A DNA stretch of 64,000 bases from an uncultured Acidimicrobiia bacterium. Lineage in GTDB: Bacteria; Actinomycetota; Acidimicrobiia; Spongiisociales; UBA5794. The notes under the pieces were generated by a model. The model was not told the DNA's origin. It made no database searches and saw nothing but the letters and a program-made list of their open reading frames with translations. Both the position numbers and the translations under genes were made by a program. Position 1 is the first letter of the stretch. Each line of letters opens with the position of its first letter. The stretch is taken from positions 322,260 through 386,259 of the forward strand of contig CAWBYA010000006.1 in assembly GCA_963792895.1 (NCBI GenBank), written 5' to 3'. This document shows positions 9,309-17,861 of the stretch, piece by piece.

Positions 9309-10063
9309 TCAGCTCGCCGGGTCCGTCAGTTCCGAGTGGTGGTTCCGACCGGCAACGATGCTCGCAGTCGGTAGGAAGATCCGCTTGGCTTCTCCGACGA
9401 GGGCGACGAGGGGGATCGCGAGGATGGCCCCCAACGCACCGGCGACGAGCACACCCGCCGTGCCGGCGATGAACGCAACGAAGGTCGGCATCCTCATGCT
9501 CTCACCCACCAACCACGGCCGCACCGCTCCCAGTCGCGAACGCCGAAGAAGAATGTCACCAAGAAGAGGAAGAGCCCGACGAAGAACGACCCGATGACGG
9601 CGACGCCACGGGTGGCCCCACCGACGAGCACGCTCGATATCGACCCGGCGAGATCCCTCAGGTTCTCCTGCATCGTCGCGATCTGCTCGTCGGTGAGCGC
9701 CTGGACCTGTTCGTCGATCCATTTGGTCACCGCGGCGATCGCGTCGGCGATCCCGCTCCACAGAGCATCCCAATTGGCCACGATCGACGCCATCATCAGC
9801 CACGAGGCCGCTCCCAGAGCCGCCGCGGCCAGCACGAGCACGAGTCCCGCCGCCACCGAGCGGGGAAGTCGTCGCCCGAGGATCTCGAAGAGCGGCCGCC
9901 CAACCGGGACCACGACGACGGCGGGCAAGGCGGGCACCACGATCGCGGCAAGCGAGACGCCGATGACGGCCACCACGGCTGCGAGGGCGAGAACGGCGAG
10001 GATCCGCCATGCCTTGTCCGATGCAGCCCGCAGCGGTCCGTCCCAACGGCTCTCACCCTCCAC
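9309..10063 (-). pseudogene. AI-2E (PerM/YhhT) family transporter remnant with a frameshift and internal deletion
   Basis: ORF 9494..10063 encodes an AI-2E-like N-terminal 180 aa, collinear with the intact paralog at 12196..13479. The family C-terminus (…MPTFVAFIAGTAGVLVAGALGAILAIPLVALV…) is in a different frame (ORF 9309..10046), and about 100 aa of the central region is missing. Confidence 0.6.
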
Positions 10064-10128
10064 GGCGCCTCCGTCGCTGGTTCACGTTTGGTCGTGCGTA
10101 ATGCGACAGACCGCCCCTTGAAGCAGCG

Positions 10129-11802
10129 TCACGAAGAGCCATCGGACCGTTGGGCCTCGACCCATGCCGTCGCGTCGGCATAGGCCCGCCGGACCGTGGC
10201 ACCAACGCGCTCGTCGCTCGTATAGACGTTCTCGTCACCAACGACCGCCGTCACCCCGGTCACCCGGAACTGGGCGTTCAGCTGATCGTTGCCGGAGACG
10301 ATCATCAGCTTGCTGCCGCTCGCATGGAGCGAGTCGCCATACCGGACGAGCACTTCCATGAACGTGCTGCCGAGATCCGACCGTCCCCGCAGTCGCAAGA
10401 CCACGACCGAGCCCTTCGACGCCGGCGTGACGGTAGGGAGTTGCCGCTCGAACACCGGAGCGGTTGCGAAGAAGAGGCTGCCGTACGGATTGAGGACGAC
10501 GACGTCGCCCTGGCCGAGCTCCGCAGGCGGGTCTGACTCGACCACGGCGCCATCCTCGCGCACAGAGAGGCGGAGGATGCGGATGTCGTTCGATTGCCGA
10601 ATGACGTACAAGATCACCGAGATTCCGACACCGGCCATCACGGCGTTCTGCAGCGGGATGACCATGGTGAGTAGGAACGTTACGGTCAATACAACCGCCT
10701 GGATCTGGCCTGTCCTCCACACCGAGATGAGGTCGTTCGGCTTCACGGTGCGGTAGCCGATCACCATGAGCAGACCGGCGATGGCCGGCATTGCGATGTA
10801 GCCGACGGCGCCGCCGAGCGCGAGGATCACTACAGCCATGACCGCCCCGGCGATCAGGTTGGCCTGCCGCGACTTGGCCCCGGCAGCCGTCACCAGGGAC
10901 GTGGCCGACATCGAACCCCCTACCGGCATCCCCTGGAAGACGCCGGCGGCGAGATTGGCGGCGCCCTGCCCGACGAAGTCTCGAGAGGCATCCGGGTACT
11001 CGCCATCTGGGTTCACGAAGTTGGCCGAGATGCCTGCGCCCTGGACGAGGCCGACAAAGGCGAGCGCCAACGCAGGAACCACCAGGTCCAACGTGAGACC
11101 GAAGTTGGGGAACACGGCGAGCGGCAGTGATCGGGGCACTTCGGCGGTGTCGCGGAGCTGCGCCACGCCGTCCATGCCAAAGCCGGCGACCATCACCGAG
11201 GTGACAACGATGGCAACCACCATCCCGAGCGGACCGAGGCGGGTCCGCTCGAGCGCAACGATCAGGACGATGGTCGCAAGGCCGACCAGCACCGTTGCCC
11301 AGTGAAGCTGACCGGGGCTGAACAACGTGTCGAGCGCACGGGTCACACGATTCGACCCGCTCGCCGCATAGCCGGTGAAGTTGGAGAACTGGCCGAGCAC
11401 GATGTTGACGCCCACCGCGTTGATGAACCCGACCATCACGGCGTTGGAGACGAAACGCAGGATCGAACCGAGCTTGAGCAGGCCGGCGACCAGCATCACG
11501 ATCCCCGTGAGCACCGACAGTGTGAAGAGGGCGCGAGCCGGATCATCGCCCCGATGGACGAGCCCAACGTCCGCGATCACGATGGCCATCGCCCCTGTCG
11601 CCTGCACGGCCATGAACGCCGAGCTGGTGACCAGCGCACCCGTGAACGTCCCGATCATGTAGGCGTACAGCCCATACAGCGGGTTCACTGCCGCAAGCAG
11701 CCCCCCAGCCAGGCCGTCGGGCACACTCTGCACGCCGAGGACGAGCCCGGCCACCCCGTCTTCTCGCAGGGTCGATCTCTGAATGGGCAGTCGGAGCTTC
11801 AC
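10129..11802 (-). CDS. SulP-family anion transporter with C-terminal STAS domain
   Basis: Multi-TM SulP core (…GLYAYMIGTFTGALV…, …GQGAANLAAGVFQGMPVGGSMSATS…) and a C-terminal STAS-like region (…VVVLRLRGRSDLGSTFMEVL…). Confidence 0.9.
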   Translation of the reverse strand: MKLRLPIQRSTLREDGVAGLVLGVQSVPDGLAGGLLAAVNPLYGLYAYMIGTFTGALVTSSAFMAVQATGAMAIVIADVGLVHRGDDPARALFTLSVLTGIVMLVAGLLKLGSILRFVSNAVMVGFINAVGVNIVLGQFSNFTGYAASGSNRVTRALDTLFSPGQLHWATVLVGLATIVLIVALERTRLGPLGMVVAIVVTSVMVAGFGMDGVAQLRDTAEVPRSLPLAVFPNFGLTLDLVVPALALAFVGLVQGAGISANFVNPDGEYPDASRDFVGQGAANLAAGVFQGMPVGGSMSATSLVTAAGAKSRQANLIAGAVMAVVILALGGAVGYIAMPAIAGLLMVIGYRTVKPNDLISVWRTGQIQAVVLTVTFLLTMVIPLQNAVMAGVGISVILYVIRQSNDIRILRLSVREDGAVVESDPPAELGQGDVVVLNPYGSLFFATAPVFERQLPTVTPASKGSVVVLRLRGRSDLGSTFMEVLVRYGDSLHASGSKLMIVSGNDQLNAQFRVTGVTAVVGDENVYTSDERVGATVRRAYADATAWVEAQRSDGSS

Positions 11803-11831
11803 AGGTCAGCCTCTGGATCGGCGACGGCGCC

Positions 11832-12101
11832 TCACTTGCCGGCGGCGCGAATGCGTCCCCTCACGTACTTGAGGATCGCCAGCAGCACGATGGCACCAAC
11901 AACCGATCCGATGAGTCCTGCCGGACGAAAGGCGAGGCCGTCGCCGGCTATGAGGTTCGATGCCAGCCCACCGAGAAACGAGCCGGCGAGACCGACGCTG
12001 AAGGCCTCGGTCCAGTCGATCTTCCACTCGGGGTACACGACCCGCTCGGCGATGGCTCCGGCGACCATGCCGATCACGATCAAGGCGAGGATCAGATACA
12101 T
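11832..12101 (-). CDS. GlsB/YeaQ/YmgE-family small stress membrane protein
   Basis: 89 aa with two to three TM helices and the typical G-rich segments GSFLGGLASNLIAGDG and IGSVVGAIVLLAI. Confidence 0.8.
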   Translation of the reverse strand: MYLILALIVIGMVAGAIAERVVYPEWKIDWTEAFSVGLAGSFLGGLASNLIAGDGLAFRPAGLIGSVVGAIVLLAILKYVRGRIRAAGK

Positions 12102-12195
12102 CGAGGTTTCCCCTTCGATTCAGTGCGTTCGCAGCGGCGAGTGTACGAGCTTGCCGGTCCGGTCCTTTCGATCCCGCCGTTGCGCCGCAAGCCAA

Positions 12196-13479
12196 TCACG
12201 TCGCGGCCGACGCTGCCGAGTCCTCGTCGCCGGATGTGCGTCGTTTCCTCGAATGCCGGCGGGCGGCCGTCGGCGCCGGCTGCTCGGAGTGGTAGACGAC
12301 ATCGTGGCTGGCAACGTAGTTGGAGATGAACGACGAGATGAGGGCCGCAATGGGCAGCGCCGTGAACGCCCCCATCGGACCGGCGATGGCCCCGCCCGCC
12401 AGTGCAGCGCCAAAGGCAACCCCGCCATTCAGCGTCATGGTCTGAGCGCTGATCTTCGGGCTCAGGTAGTAGTTCTCGACCTGCTGGTACACCAGCACGT
12501 AGCCCAGCACGATCAGGGCAGCCGTCAGCCCCTGGATCGCAAGCGTCAAGAGCACGGGGATCGCACCGCCGATGTAGGTGCCGATCGCCGGGATGAACAC
12601 GGACACGAACGATCCGAACAGCGCCAGCGAGATGGCGGCGGCAACCGGGATCCCCACGAGCACCATCGTGAAGAAGAACCCGAGACCGTTGATGAGCATC
12701 AGGATCAATCTCGAGTAGAAGTAGCCGCCGGTCTGGATGATGGCCTGATCCCACGTCCAGCCAATGCGCTGCTGGGCTCGCGGGCTGAAGAGGCGCAGCA
12801 CCGCGTTCTGCACGTCGGGCGCATCCGCAGTCAAGTAGAACGTGAACATCGCAATCGTGGCGAGATTGAAGATCAGCCCGATGCCGGCCGTCGCGATGTC
12901 GACCGCCGTGCCAAAGGCTCCCGAAGCAAAGCCGGTGATCGCCGAGTCGGTGTTCTGGGCGAGATCGTTGGCCGTCGCCGGGTTGGCGACCTCGAAGCCG
13001 AGGTTGCTGGACGTCCAGTCGTTCACCGTGTTGATCCACTCGGCGCCTCGATCGCCGATCACCCGGGCGAGGTCGGCGATGGCGGGGATGAGGATGACCA
13101 CCATGAAGGTGACGAAGAGGGCGCCGGCCACGTAGATCACACCGGTCGCAGAGCCCCGCCGCCAGCCATAGCGACCGGTGAGCCATCGTACGGCGGGCTC
13201 CAGCGCAAGGCTGAAGAAGAACGAGATCAGCACCATCGAGACGAGCCCGCGTGCTTGGGACACCGCCCATATCAACACGATGGTGGTGAGCACGACGCCA
13301 ACGACCTGCCAGATCGATTTCGACGAGATCTCGATACGCTGCACGGTCACGGGCGGCGCAGAGCCCTCGGTCCCTGCGGGCGACCCGCCGGTCTCCATTC
13401 CGTCACTCTCGATCGGCACCTCGGCCACCTCCCGCGTCGACGGCAATCTAGACGCACGAGCCGGCGGCCGCGCCTGCAC
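12196..13479 (-). CDS. AI-2E (PerM/YhhT) family transporter
   Basis: Full-length eight-TM architecture with the family motifs …FFFSLALEPAVRWL… and …IPAIGTYIGGAIPVLLTL…YVLVYQQVENYYLSPKI. The N-terminal 60 aa may be over-extended. Confidence 0.85.
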   Translation of the reverse strand: MQARPPARASRLPSTREVAEVPIESDGMETGGSPAGTEGSAPPVTVQRIEISSKSIWQVVGVVLTTIVLIWAVSQARGLVSMVLISFFFSLALEPAVRWLTGRYGWRRGSATGVIYVAGALFVTFMVVILIPAIADLARVIGDRGAEWINTVNDWTSSNLGFEVANPATANDLAQNTDSAITGFASGAFGTAVDIATAGIGLIFNLATIAMFTFYLTADAPDVQNAVLRLFSPRAQQRIGWTWDQAIIQTGGYFYSRLILMLINGLGFFFTMVLVGIPVAAAISLALFGSFVSVFIPAIGTYIGGAIPVLLTLAIQGLTAALIVLGYVLVYQQVENYYLSPKISAQTMTLNGGVAFGAALAGGAIAGPMGAFTALPIAALISSFISNYVASHDVVYHSEQPAPTAARRHSRKRRTSGDEDSAASAAT

Positions 13480-13668
13480 CCGTGGTCGCGGACCTCTCCA
13501 TGAGCCGGTTCAACGGCAACGTCCGGGAGGCGACCCCCGGCCACATCGCCCTCGAGCGGGGATTCGCCGAGCGGGCCATACCTGGGAGCGCCGCACGTCA
13601 CACGCGAGCGAACTGCCCGCCCAATGGGTGGACAGCTCGCTCATCGAACGATGTGTATCGGCGGCGGC

Positions 13669-14043
13669 TCAGGCGAGAAGCTTGGCCTTCTGCGCCTGGA
13701 ACTCCTGGTCGCTGATCACGCCGGAGCTCTTGAGACTCGCCAGCTTCTCCAACTCGTCGGCGGTCGACGCACCTGCCGCCTGCTGGATGTACGTACGCGT
13801 TGCCTGCTCGTTCTCCTGCGCGACCGCGACGCTGCGGGCCGCCATGCCATCGCCTCTGGCAATGAGGTAGGCCAGCACTCCGAGCCACGGGATGATCATC
13901 ACGGCCAGCACCCAAATCGCCTTCGCAAACCCGCCCATGTCGCGGCTACGGAAGATGTCGGTGATCACCGAGATCAGCACCCAAATCCACGCGAGGAAGA
14001 TGAAGAACCACAACATGGACCAGAACAGATCGAACAACGGCAT
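13669..14043 (-). CDS. PLDc_N (cardiolipin-synthase N-terminal-like) + SHOCT small membrane protein
   Basis: Start at MPLFDLFW, preceded by AGGAGG. PLDc_N signature FWSMLWFFIFLAWIWVLISVITDIFRSRDMGGFAKAIWVLAVMIIPWLGVLAYLIARG; C-terminal SHOCT ELEKLASLKSSGVISDQEFQAQKAKLLA. Confidence 0.75.
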   Translation of the reverse strand: MPLFDLFWSMLWFFIFLAWIWVLISVITDIFRSRDMGGFAKAIWVLAVMIIPWLGVLAYLIARGDGMAARSVAVAQENEQATRTYIQQAAGASTADELEKLASLKSSGVISDQEFQAQKAKLLA

Positions 14044-14166
14044 GGACAACCTCCTACGGGGGACATTCGGTAAGACCGCGTCGGACTCTACTAGCGCGAG
14101 CGTCGGCACCGCACCTCGCAACCTGCCTGCCGAGCCACGGCCGCGCTCGCGCGATGTGTGGGCAGC

Positions 14167-16323
14167 CTATGGCGCGCTTCCGTCGCTTCCCTCTCCGCGG
14201 GCAGCCGTCCGCTCAGAGGAGATCGTGACCGTCGCGCGGACGGCGTACGCAGCGACATCGTCGGCCAAACCAGGCAGCTCGACGTTGGGACCGATGTCCC
14301 AGTCGGGACCGAGCTCGTCAACGACATTGTCGTCGACCAGCACCTGTCCAGGTTGCGCAAGCGAGTCGAGCGTCGATGCGATGCCGGGCGCATCGCCCCA
14401 CACGCCGAAGGCGACCTGATTGGAGCCGAGCACGCCGGTAGCGACTTCGCCGGCGGCGAGCCCTGCGCGGGCCGTCAGCGCCTGCCCGAACTCCCGTCCG
14501 ATCTGGGCCACTCCACCGACCACGGCAAGTGCGAACCGCACAGCCCCTGCCGCATTTGCGTCGTCTTGGTCGAGCCCCGCCACGAAGAGCTCGCTTCCAG
14601 GCGACCGGCGAAGGCGCTCGACGTTGTGGCGGGCCGCCAGCTCGTCCACTTCCTCGTTGATCCGTTCAGTGAGCTCGAGAACGACGTCCTGGTCGGGACC
14701 GGTTGCTTCCGGCATCGCATCGAGAGTGACCGAGATGACGGTCGCGTTGTCCAGCATGTCGTCGATCGCGACCTCCCCCATTCGGACGCGGTCGACGAGC
14801 CGGTCGGGTAACACCGCAGCGAGCATGTCGCTGATCTTCCGCTCTTCGTCGACGATCCCTTGTTCTCGCTCCTCGAGCCGGCGAGCCACACCATCGAGCT
14901 GACGCGCCAGATCTCCCAGCTCATTACGCCCTAGCTCGGGGATATCGGTGGCGAGATCACCCCTGGCCAGGCCATCGGCCGCCTGGACGAGCGAGTCCAC
15001 TGGCCGCGAGATCGTCCGAGCAAGGAACGCTCCGAGCGCGGCGACCGTCGGCACCAGCAACCCGAGGACCAGCAGGATTCGGCGCACGTACGAGTCGAGC
15101 GCCGAGCTCGATTCGCTCTTCGCCTGCTCGGCGATCACGACCCAATCCAGATCACCAGCCGCGGCGGGTCCGGCGGCGGTGAGCGTCTTCGTGCCGAGGT
15201 AGCTGGTGACCGTTCCGATGAACTCGTCCCCATCGAGCCCGGCCACCACGGCTTCGTCGTCGACCCGCTGCAGGAGAACGGGCGATCCGACCATCTGCAT
15301 CAAATCCGCGGTCCTCTGGTCGTCGTAGCGCGCCACATACCTCTGGAGATACGCGTCGGGGTCCTCCAGCCAGAGCCGAGAATTGGATCGCAAGGTCTGG
15401 TCGGAACCAACGATGTAGATCTCACCCGTATCCCCCAACCCGAGTTGTCGCCAGTCCTGCCCGGCGCTGATGATGTCGGTCAGTACCCCAACGGGTATCT
15501 CGGTGACGACCGCGCCGATCACCTCTGAACCCGAGCGGACCGCCGCGGCCAGGAAGAAGACCGGCTCACCGCGAGTCGGGATGTAGAACCAGCTGTCGGA
15601 CACAACGGTGTCGCCGACAGCGACCCCGGTCAGACCATCGAGCGCTTCCCCGAGTCCGGTGTCGCCATACGGTCCTTCGATCGCATCGGTACCGAAATCG
15701 ATGTGCTTCTTGGTCGAGTAGACGACGTCCCCGTTCTCCAGGTCGACCAGCAACAGGTCCGACATGCCGGCGTTCCGCATCAGATCACGCAGCACGGGAT
15801 GGAAGTCGGCGTGAACGCGGCTATACCCTGATCCGTCGCCGGCGTCATCGAGATCGTCACGCTCGTCGAAGCCGGCAGGATTCTCGGCGATGTACTTCAG
15901 TTGGAGGTATCGGCCGGCGGGCGAACCGGGCACGAATTCTCGTACCGGAGGCAGGTCGACGCCTGCTTCTATGAACGGGGGCAGAACCTCGGCCTCGTAG
16001 AGCGTCTCGAGCTCTCCGATCTGCTCCGATGCGATGTCCTGGTCGAGCCGGGCGTACTCTGCCGTCAGCCCGATCAGCGCGGCGACGACGGTGGGGCTGG
16101 TGGCCATTGTCGATACCGCCGACTTCGCCCGTGCGACCCCACGTTCGATGGCTTCGATGCGGGAGTCGCGAAGCCCTATGAGTTGCGACTCGACACTCTC
16201 GTTGATCAGGACTCGAGCAAACACGTAATTCACGCCGGAGAGGAGGAGCACCGAGACCAGTGCAACACCAACGAGATTGCGCGTCAGGCGACCACGGAGA
16301 CGCGGTGCTCGCAGCCGGTTCAT
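14167..16323 (-). CDS. membrane sensor adenylate/guanylate cyclase (TM - large extracytoplasmic sensor domain - TM - HAMP - class III cyclase domain)
   Basis: N-terminal TM, extracytoplasmic domain of about 380 aa, a second TM (ILLVLGLLVPTVAALGAFLA) and a HAMP-like segment. The class III cyclase homology domain includes the …GEVATGVLGSNQVAFGVWGD… motif. Its start ATG overlaps the stop of the upstream channel gene (ATGA). Confidence 0.85.
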   Translation of the reverse strand: MNRLRAPRLRGRLTRNLVGVALVSVLLLSGVNYVFARVLINESVESQLIGLRDSRIEAIERGVARAKSAVSTMATSPTVVAALIGLTAEYARLDQDIASEQIGELETLYEAEVLPPFIEAGVDLPPVREFVPGSPAGRYLQLKYIAENPAGFDERDDLDDAGDGSGYSRVHADFHPVLRDLMRNAGMSDLLLVDLENGDVVYSTKKHIDFGTDAIEGPYGDTGLGEALDGLTGVAVGDTVVSDSWFYIPTRGEPVFFLAAAVRSGSEVIGAVVTEIPVGVLTDIISAGQDWRQLGLGDTGEIYIVGSDQTLRSNSRLWLEDPDAYLQRYVARYDDQRTADLMQMVGSPVLLQRVDDEAVVAGLDGDEFIGTVTSYLGTKTLTAAGPAAAGDLDWVVIAEQAKSESSSALDSYVRRILLVLGLLVPTVAALGAFLARTISRPVDSLVQAADGLARGDLATDIPELGRNELGDLARQLDGVARRLEEREQGIVDEERKISDMLAAVLPDRLVDRVRMGEVAIDDMLDNATVISVTLDAMPEATGPDQDVVLELTERINEEVDELAARHNVERLRRSPGSELFVAGLDQDDANAAGAVRFALAVVGGVAQIGREFGQALTARAGLAAGEVATGVLGSNQVAFGVWGDAPGIASTLDSLAQPGQVLVDDNVVDELGPDWDIGPNVELPGLADDVAAYAVRATVTISSERTAARGEGSDGSAP

Positions 16324-17861
16324 GACGCCTCCTCCACGCCTCGGTCGCGGGCCGAGTCGATGCCCGGGTGGGTAGGTTCGGTGCCGGTGTCGCGTGCCGT
16401 GCTACGGGCGGCGCGACGCACCACGCGATCGATGCGGCGGCGCCGGGCGAGCGCGAGCTGCTCGATTGCCGCGCCCAGGCCGGCGGCCGCGGCGATCGCC
16501 CGACCCGCAACCTCGGAAGGGATCGTGACGACGTCGCAGTCCGTCACGGCGGTGACAGCCGCAGTCCGGTCACCATGGAGCGGCTCGTCGATGACCCCGA
16601 GGAGCTCACCGGCCTCGAAGGCGAGAACGTCGAAATCCTCAGTGTCGGGTTGACGGAGCACCAGCCGTGCTCGACCACGATGCAACAGCATGAGATCTTG
16701 CTGGGCGCCCTCGGTGACGATGGTCTCGCCTTTCTGGTAGGCGCCCAGCACGGCGCCGTTCGCCAGGCGGTCGAGAACGTCGTCGTCGAGCTGCTGCAGC
16801 AACGGGGAGTCGAGGAGCCGTCGGCGAAGCTCTGACGGAGTCGTCTCGCTTTCGATTGCCGTCTTTGCGCCGTCGAAGAGATAGAGGTCCTGGGCGGGAT
16901 TGGGAAGCGGCACTCCATGGCGGTACGAGAGGTACCAGACGAGCGCGCTGAAGTCTGCCTTGGCGCGCGGTGTGATCGTGTAGTCGTCCACCCACATGTA
17001 GGTCAGGTAGTCGACGACGGGGTCGGCGATCTGGGTGATCACGACGAAGGGCGGCGGGTCCTCGAGCACCCCGGGGGTCGAGCGGGCTGCGTCGAGCAAC
17101 ATCTCCTTGGCCGCCGTGGGTGGGGCCGAACGTTCGATCTGTACGGGCACCGCAACTCGGTGGAGACGACTCGGTTGGTCGTAGTTGGTGATCGTGGCGT
17201 TGGCGAGCTGCCCGTTGGGGATCACGACGAGGTCGCCGTTGCGGTCCTGGATGCGGGTGCTCCGCCAGTTGACGTCCAGCACTCGCCCTTCGACGTCTTC
17301 GGCCTCGATCCAGTCGCCCGGCCCGAACGGTTGGTCGGCGAGCAGCGTGAAGCCGGACGCAATACCGCTCAGCGTGGGCTGGAGCGCAAACGAGATGACC
17401 AGCGACGTCACGCCGAGCGCGGTGAGCGCCGAAGAGACGTCGACGCCCCAGATGCCGGCGATGAGGAACCATCCGGTGCCGATGAAGATGAGGAGCCGAG
17501 GCATGGCAAGTAGGAGGCGAGGCACCTGCCGACGCCCGCTGCGGCGAGACCGGTCTATGAGGCCGGCGACCGCGACACGCAACGCCGACAGCGCAACCGC
17601 CGCTCCGGCAAGCACGACCGCGCTCGACAGCAGCCGAACGAATGGGTTGGTTCGTTCGACATCGAACAGCGCCCGGCTGAGCACCCAGAGTGTGAACACC
17701 GGGACGATCCAGACCCGAATGATCGAAATCGACGCCTGGAACGGAGAGTCGCGCTGTCGCAGGCGCTCCTCGAGCTCGCCCGCCCCGATGATCAACAGTG
17801 GCAACAGGACGATCACGAGCGCTGCCCACGCGTTGCTGGAGTCTGCGAACAGGTTGCTCAT
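16320..17861 (-). CDS. MscS-family mechanosensitive channel fused to a C-terminal cyclic-nucleotide-binding domain (bCNG-type)
   Basis: MscS core …ALQPTLSGIASGFTLLADQPFGPGDWIEAEDVEGRVLDVNWRSTRIQDRNGDLVVIPNGQ…. The C-terminal cNMP-binding domain carries the phosphate-binding cassette FEAGELLGVIDEPLHGDRTAAVTAVTDCDV. Start chosen at MSNLFADSS, so it overlaps the stop of the upstream cyclase gene. Confidence 0.85.
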   Translation of the reverse strand: MSNLFADSSNAWAALVIVLLPLLIIGAGELEERLRQRDSPFQASISIIRVWIVPVFTLWVLSRALFDVERTNPFVRLLSSAVVLAGAAVALSALRVAVAGLIDRSRRSGRRQVPRLLLAMPRLLIFIGTGWFLIAGIWGVDVSSALTALGVTSLVISFALQPTLSGIASGFTLLADQPFGPGDWIEAEDVEGRVLDVNWRSTRIQDRNGDLVVIPNGQLANATITNYDQPSRLHRVAVPVQIERSAPPTAAKEMLLDAARSTPGVLEDPPPFVVITQIADPVVDYLTYMWVDDYTITPRAKADFSALVWYLSYRHGVPLPNPAQDLYLFDGAKTAIESETTPSELRRRLLDSPLLQQLDDDVLDRLANGAVLGAYQKGETIVTEGAQQDLMLLHRGRARLVLRQPDTEDFDVLAFEAGELLGVIDEPLHGDRTAAVTAVTDCDVVTIPSEVAGRAIAAAAGLGAAIEQLALARRRRIDRVVRRAARSTARDTGTEPTHPGIDSARDRGVEEAS

